From positions 8,747,989 to 8,779,988 of the forward strand of contig NC_010162.1 in the NCBI RefSeq assembly GCF_000067165.1: a stretch of 32,000 nucleotides of DNA, written 5' to 3'. Position 1 is the first letter of the stretch; each line of letters opens with the position of its first letter. Source of the DNA: Sorangium cellulosum So ce56. GTDB lineage: Bacteria > Myxococcota_A > Polyangia > Polyangiales > Polyangiaceae. Below are positions 26,939 to 32,000 of this stretch, in pieces. The notes beneath the pieces were generated by a model that had not been told where the DNA came from, did no database searches, and saw only the letters and a program-made list of their open reading frames with translations. A program made the position numbers and the translations under genes.

Positions 26939-28639
26939 CCGAATCAACGGACAACTATCTTGACACCCACCGAGCTGTACGGCCGCAAGAGCCAGCAGGT
27001 CTCTACCGAGCAGCTGATGCTGATGTTCGCCGAGCTCGGGGCGGAAGCTCCGCCGGGGGCGGCGGGCTCGGAGCTCGGCGCGGACGCTGCGCCGCAGCCG
27101 GAGCAGGGGCTGGTGCCGCAACCCCCTGAGCCGCCGAAGCCGCCGCGAGGACGGGGCGGGCGCGCGCCGCTTCCCGAACACCTTCCGCGTGAGACGCGCG
27201 TGGTGCCCGTCCCCGAGGCCGAGCGGACGTGCCCGCAGTGCGGCGCGGACAAGAAGTGCATTGGCCATCGTACGAGCGAAGTGCTCGAGTTCGTGCCGGC
27301 GCAGTTCAAGATCATCGAGGAGCAGCGGGAGAAGCTCGCCTGCCCGCGCTGCCCGGAGCAGGGTGTAACGACGGCGGACAGCGAGAAGGTGATGGACCGA
27401 GGGCGTCCGGGACCGGGGCTGCTCGCCAGCATCCTTGTCGAGAAGTTCGAGGACTCGATGCCGCTGTACCGGCAGTCGCAGCAATACGCTCGCTTCGGCG
27501 TGTCGCTGTCTCCGTCGACTCTGGGCGACTGGTCGGCCTTCGCGCTCGACGTGCTCGCTCCGGTGGCTGAGAGGATCGCGGAGCGGGTGCTGGACTCGTT
27601 CTACTTGCGCGCCGACGACACGGGGATGCGGGTGCTGGATCGAGATCATCCGGCGGGGGTGAAGCGAGGTCATATCTGGGCCTTCGTCGGGGCGGGTCTC
27701 GTGGCGTTCCTGTACGCACCGGACTGGAAGGCGAAGCATCCAGCCGCGCTGCTGCAGGGCTTCACCGGCTACTTGCAGGGCGATGGGTACGCGGGCTATG
27801 GCGCGATGCTCCGCGGAGGCGACGACGGCGAGATGATCGTGCCCGAGGAGCGTCGGCTCGGCTGCGGGATGCACATCCGCGCCAAGTTCGAGAAGGCGGC
27901 CAAGGGTGGCGACGCGCGAGCGGCGGTAGCGCTCTCGTACTTCAAAGCCATCTACCGAATCGAGTCGACCTGCAAAGAGGAGGCGCTGTCCACGGAGGCG
28001 CGGCTGGCGCGCCGGCAGGAGCGGTCGCTCCCCGTTGTGGACGAGCTGTATCAGTGGATTCACGAGCTGCACCTTCGGCTCGTACCAGGTACGCCGCTCT
28101 GCATCGCTACCCAGTACGCCATCAATCAGGCGGCTGCGTGGCGGCGCTGCTTCACGGATGGACGCTTCGAGATAGACAACGGCGAAGTCGAGCGGCAGCT
28201 AAGACGTGTAGCCCTCGGAAGAAAAAACTATTTATTCGCGGGCTCCGATAAGGGCGCTCAGCGCCTGGCCATCGGCTATACGATCTTCGGCTCGTGTCGG
28301 ATGCACGGAGTCAACCCGCTCGCCTGGGCGACAGACGTCATCGGCAGGTTGCAGGCGGGCTGGCAGCGCGACCGCCTGGACGAGTTGCTGCCCGACGCAT
28401 GGGCGAGATCGTCGCGCGCTGCTCCGAGCGCCGGCGATACCGACGCGACCTGAACAACGCGAGCCTCGGCCGGCGACGCAGGCGGATGCCGCTTCGCCGG
28501 GCCTTCTTTCAGGACCGTCTGTGCCCGCGCCGAGTCGTGGGCCGACGCCGCCCCGCGCCCAGCATCGTCGACCCCGGCGAGAGCCGCAAGGGGCTGTGCC
28601 CATGGCGTTGGCCGGGCGCTTACGACCAATAACCTCGAC

Positions 28640-29878
28640 ATGTTTCTTCCCGATGACACTTTCACCTTTAATCATCCTCCTCTGAATAGTTCAGGCGACA
28701 TCTATCATACTGTGGCTCTGCTGTTGGTCCTGAAACACCTGGGGCTTCCGCTGCCGAAGGTCAGAGTGGGCTACTTCGATGTTCCCGACGGCTGCTTCAA
28801 GACTGAAGGGAAGCTCAAGGCTACAGAGCTTCACGCGACCCGAGCGACGAGCTTTGCGTCAGCGCTCGGCTTTGATGCCCAAGTGCAGATGATCAAGGTG
28901 AACCTTCCGAGGTGCGTCCGCATCAACTCAAGGCTCAAAGCTACGCGCGAGGCAATTTTCCGCGAGGATTCATCCGCGAAAGTGCTCGATCAGAAAGTCT
29001 CTACCGGCCTGTTAGCGTTGATCGCAGACCACCTCGGTAGCACAGCTGTTACTGATATCATTCGCACGGGGTTCACAACCTATGCGAGCCCACTCACGAC
29101 TCAGTTAGACGCGGCGTCGAAACGTTGGCTGGATGACGAGTACGAGAAGGTTCGCAAACATGCAGCACCCGATGCACAGATAGTCATCTTCCACGAGCGT
29201 CTGGCGGACAATCAAAATCAGAACAACTCGACTGGCCGCGCGTTCGACGCGATAAGGAAGAAGATCAAGGCTCTCGCCAACGTGCGACAATTCACCTTCC
29301 GAGCAGGCCCAGCTCCGACCTCTTGGCCCAATAGCTCTCGTTCAAGGGCGTACGGGGACTGCGATGAGACATGCTCCAAGGGTCTCACAGAGCACTGCGT
29401 TCACCAGGTACGGTATCTCCAGCTTCTTGCACGTCTCAAACGAGAGCTAATCACCCACGATGGAGGAAGCCGCTTCTTGGGAATTTATGGTTCCAGTTCG
29501 GGCACACTCGACGCACCCAGCTTTATGGGATTGCGAGCGCTCTCCTTCCATCAATTTGCCGATGGCCCCCACGGCCGGAACGAGAGCAGACGCGATACAG
29601 TTCGCAATGCCCAGGACCAGAGGGAGGCCCTGATGTCTTGCTTCAAATCAGTTGCTGCAAAAACCCAAAGGCACAAGGATGCTGCCGACATCTTCGCGCA
29701 GTGGATGGCCGGGAGCTACGAAGGCCTCAAACTCGTCGCGACCCCCAGTGTCGACCGAGTCTACACTCAAGTTCATACGCGACCAAGGAAGGGGCGTAGG
29801 TCGCGAGAAGTCGCAAAAGACATCGCAGGAATCGATAAAAAGCTATGCACGCTACTAAGACGGTGCCTAACACGGTAA
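28640..29878 (+). CDS. low-GC hypothetical protein (412 aa), possibly 5'-truncated by IS66
   Basis: The ATG is 17 nt from the IS66 right end, has no SD, and the frame stays open back into the IS. One 60-nt line counted 28/60 GC. No domain recognised. Confidence 0.6.
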   Translation: MFLPDDTFTFNHPPLNSSGDIYHTVALLLVLKHLGLPLPKVRVGYFDVPDGCFKTEGKLKATELHATRATSFASALGFDAQVQMIKVNLPRCVRINSRLKATREAIFREDSSAKVLDQKVSTGLLALIADHLGSTAVTDIIRTGFTTYASPLTTQLDAASKRWLDDEYEKVRKHAAPDAQIVIFHERLADNQNQNNSTGRAFDAIRKKIKALANVRQFTFRAGPAPTSWPNSSRSRAYGDCDETCSKGLTEHCVHQVRYLQLLARLKRELITHDGGSRFLGIYGSSSGTLDAPSFMGLRALSFHQFADGPHGRNESRRDTVRNAQDQREALMSCFKSVAAKTQRHKDAADIFAQWMAGSYEGLKLVATPSVDRVYTQVHTRPRKGRRSREVAKDIAGIDKKLCTLLRRCLTR

Positions 29879-30558
29879 TGCAGCCGACAAGCCCCGACGC
29901 TGCGCAGAGTGTCATTCTGCCACTCTGCTTGCTTTCGTGGCTTGCAGCTGATTACCACGTTCGGCCCGCACCCGCCACGGGCGACTGCGCGCCTCGTGAT
30001 CCGAGCGCGGCGGCCGCACAAGGAGGCCGCCGCGGCGCGGCGCGCGTGGCTCGCCGGCCGCCCGCCGTCGCGCGGAGTCGCGAGCTCTCGCGCAGCCGCG
30101 CGCCGCTTCCACCGAGCGCGCTCGCGGCGCGCGCCCTCGGCGCAGGCGTGGTCTCCCCGGCGCTCCCGCCCGCGCCGCACCCAGGCCGAAGGCCCGCGCC
30201 GCAGCCCCTCGCAGGCGCTCCCGAAGCGGCCAACGCGCGCGTCGATGAGAACCTGGCGCGGCTCGCCGACTTCGTGCGGTGCCTCGCGCGGGGCGCGGAG
30301 CAGGTCAACCTGGTCTTCCCGGAGGAGAGCCCTGCCGTGGCGGAGCGCGATCGGCTGAGCGAGGCGCTCCTGCCGGAATGACGGAGGGGTTGCGGCGGGT
30401 CCGAAGCGCTAGCGCGCCGCGTTCTCGATCCGGCGCGGCGTCAGACCGGCGCGCCTGTCGGCTCGACCGGCGCAGGCTCGGGCGGCGCAGGCTCGTCGGG
30501 CGCGGCGGCGCTGCCGCGGCGCTTCGGGCGGAGCCGCCGCAGGGCGCTGCGGAACGAG

Positions 30559-30768
30559 GTGGCGCTGAAGCGGCGCTTGCAGTATTACGAGGGGTATCTC
30601 GTGCCGTATATCCTCTATGGCATCAGAGCCATCGACCTCGACGCGACCAAGGCGATCCTCGCTCCGCAGATGATCGACGAGTTCCGGGTCAACACCGGCC
30701 TCGACGTGGTCCCCGCGGACAAGATCGACGCCTATTACGACTTCCTCAGCTCGATCGGCGCGCAGTAA
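30559..30768 (+). CDS. small hypothetical protein (69 aa from GTG; N-terminus unresolved)
   Basis: Clean protein-like sequence 'LKRRLQYYEGYLVPYILYGIRAIDLDATKAILAPQMIDEFRVNTGLDVVPADKIDAYYDFL'. The frame stays open and GC3-rich upstream to an in-frame TGA at 30379. Confidence 0.45.
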   Translation: MALKRRLQYYEGYLVPYILYGIRAIDLDATKAILAPQMIDEFRVNTGLDVVPADKIDAYYDFLSSIGAQ

Positions 30769-30985
30769 CACCGCGTTGGCCAGGACGAGTTTGCCGTGGC
30801 AAACCGTCCCCCACCTCCCGTCTCCCTTCGGCGAGCGCGCTCGGACCTTCGGCGAGCGCGCCCCGACGGGATCGATGCCGCCGAGCGCACGCGAGCCGGG
30901 CGCAGACCGTCACCGCCGGTCCCGCGCGGCGCGGCCTGGTGATCCGGTCGGGGATGCCTGGTAAAGGTGGAGCAGGAGGCTCTCC

Positions 30986-32000
30986 CTGAAGATCTCTCGA
31001 CGGCTTTCGCCCTTCACCTTGGCGCTGCTCGCGATCTCGTGTGGTCCTGCCGCCGGTCCGGCTCCAGCGGCGCCCGCGTCGGTCGCCATTCCTCCCGCCC
31101 CGCCGGAGGCGTCGGTGCGCGCCGAGGGCGGGCCCGCCGGCGGTCCCGTCGATCCGTCGGCTCCGCTGGTGTTGCCGGCCGCCGCGATCCCGCCTGCGCC
31201 CTGGATCGAGCCGCCCCTCGACGAGCAGGAACGCGAGCTGGCCGAGCGGGACCTGTTCCGCGAGCACCGCGAGATCGCCCTCGGCGCGCGCGTCGCGGTC
31301 TTCGCCGCACCTGGAGACGGCGCCGGCGCCGCAGGGCGAGCCGGCGGTGCGAGCGGCGCCGGCGCCCCGGGCGCAGCCGCTGTCGGCGCCTTCGCGGTCC
31401 ACCAGGACCTCGGCGTCGTCGGCCCCTTGAAGCTGCCCGCGGGCTTCATCTGGGTTGGCGTCGCGGGCCAGCGGGACGACGCCCTCTACGCGGCGACGCC
31501 CGAGGGCGCGCTCCACCGCGCCGCCGACGTCCACGCCGCGCTCCGGCCCGACGGCTTCGAGCTGCGCGGCAGCGTCCCCGGCGCGACGGCCTGGGACGCG
31601 GCCGGCGGCCTCATCGCGGCCGCGGCGGGGGAGCGCGTCAGCGTCTCCGCGGACGAGGGCCGCACCTTCACCTCGGCCGTCGTCGCGCCGGGCAAGCCGG
31701 TGCGCGCGGTGCTCGTGCGGCCCGACGGCGTGCTCGTCGCGCGCGTGCCCGCCGAGGCGCCCTCGCACGGGCGCCCGGCGCCGCCGGGGCGTGCGGCGCC
31801 CCCGGGCACGTTCGTCTCGTCGGATCGCGGGCAGACCTGGGCGCGGTCCACGTTCCAGCCGCGCACGCTCGAGCGCGCGGGCTCCTGGATCTGGAACGGC
31901 GATCCGGACTGCCCCGCCGTGCTGAGCCGCGACGGCCGGGCGTGGACCCGGGCCGCTCCCGCCAACCTGCTGTACGACCTGCCGCCCTTCGGCCTGGCGC
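30986..32000 (+). CDS. Asp-box (BNR) repeat secreted/lipoprotein-like protein, 3'-partial (runs off the window)
   Basis: This frame is absent from the ORF track, presumably because it has no stop inside the window. It is GC3-rich. The signal-like N-terminus is '(M)KISRRLSPFTLALLAISCG'. Asp-box motifs are 'SADEGRTFT' and 'SSDRGQTWA'. SD 'AGGAGG' lies 6 nt before CTG 30986. The start codon is uncertain. Confidence 0.6.
   Translation, partial: MKISRRLSPFTLALLAISCGPAAGPAPAAPASVAIPPAPPEASVRAEGGPAGGPVDPSAPLVLPAAAIPPAPWIEPPLDEQERELAERDLFREHREIALGARVAVFAAPGDGAGAAGRAGGASGAGAPGAAAVGAFAVHQDLGVVGPLKLPAGFIWVGVAGQRDDALYAATPEGALHRAADVHAALRPDGFELRGSVPGATAWDAAGGLIAAAAGERVSVSADEGRTFTSAVVAPGKPVRAVLVRPDGVLVARVPAEAPSHGRPAPPGRAAPPGTFVSSDRGQTWARSTFQPRTLERAGSWIWNGDPDCPAVLSRDGRAWTRAAPANLLYDLPPFGLA

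Larger units (their letters stand above)
25298..26970 (+). mobile_element. IS3-family insertion sequence nested in IS66 tnpC (ends approximate)
   Basis: orfA plus orfB in the -1 frame, with an A8 slippery run. 'TGTCAGAGAAGTTG' (25305-) and the reverse complement of the right end 'TGTCAAGATAGTTG' (-26965) form imperfect inverted repeats. The 6-bp 'CGAGCT' occurs at both 25292-25297 and 26971-26976. Confidence 0.75.
25110..28453 (+). pseudogene. tnpC: IS66 transposase TnpC, split by the IS3-family insertion
   Basis: The N-terminal fragment '...LRDKNTALSARLASALREL' ends at about 25297. The C-terminal fragment resumes with 'ELYGRKSQQVSTEQL...CPQCGADKK...LYRQSQQYARFGV...ADDTGMRVLD' from about 26972. 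Removing 25298-26976 restores 'ALRELYGRK' in frame. Confidence 0.85.
24284..28623 (+). mobile_element. IS66-family insertion sequence (inactivated by a nested IS)
   Basis: Terminal inverted repeats 'GTAAGCGCCCGACCAACGCCAT' (24284-) and the reverse complement of '...ATGGCGTTGGCCGGGCGCTTAC' (-28623) show one mismatch over about 22 bp. tnpA, tnpB and tnpC are in the typical order with overlapping stop/start codons. Confidence 0.85.

Noticed and set aside
25550-28072. An 840-aa minus-strand ORF across the IS3 and IS66 transposase genes
   Set aside because: It is a shadow frame opposite well-recognised transposase genes, and its product is Arg/Ala-rich.
30379-30381. TGA 30379 as a selenocysteine or programmed read-through codon
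   Set aside because: I could identify no SECIS-like hairpin immediately downstream and there is no redox-motif context. A nonsense mutation or a non-canonical start is the simpler explanation.
30746-31768. A 340-aa minus-strand ORF and plus-strand ORFs at 31041 and 31455
   Set aside because: They are Arg-rich shadow frames. The plus frame starting near 30986 carries a signal peptide, Asp-box motifs and the highest GC3.

Overview
High-GC (~70%) chromosome, myxobacterium-like (a Sorangium/Polyangiaceae affinity is inferred and cannot be verified here). Positions 1-11.4 kb hold ordinary core genes: a double-FHA protein, an SGNH hydrolase, a TLC/ATP:ADP-antiporter-like transporter, an Omp85-type barrel, a lipoprotein, a secreted lipase and yggX. 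The tmRNA gene (ssrA) lies at 11863-12207. A ~9.5-kb integrative element is inserted in its T-loop/3' end and is bounded by a 23-bp direct repeat (12185-12207 and 21723-21745). On the minus strand the element carries a tyrosine integrase, a DNA-binding protein, a small serine recombinase, a RuvC-like resolvase, a Rep_trans-like initiator, an RHH protein and an ECF sigma factor with a coupled small ORF. It also carries one low-GC membrane-protein gene on the plus strand. I recognise no capsid, tail, terminase or conjugation genes. The int reading frame crosses the att core, and its displaced 3' coding end sits at attR, as in phage Mx8 where attP lies inside int. That displaced end is tandemly triplicated as a 146-bp unit. 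Beyond attR a second, decayed accessory stretch runs to about 29.95 kb. It holds two more low-GC orphan genes, further copies of the int-tail repeat, and an IS66 element whose tnpC is split by a nested IS3-family IS. Unexplained structures include an 87-nt near-perfect hairpin after rep and two 28-bp perfect palindromes, one on each side of attR, that differ by a compensated base change. High-GC core sequence resumes near 30 kb and ends with an Asp-box lipoprotein gene that runs off the window. No function is established for the low-GC orphan genes; they are the best candidates for an undescribed accessory or defence function, but I recognise no domains in them.
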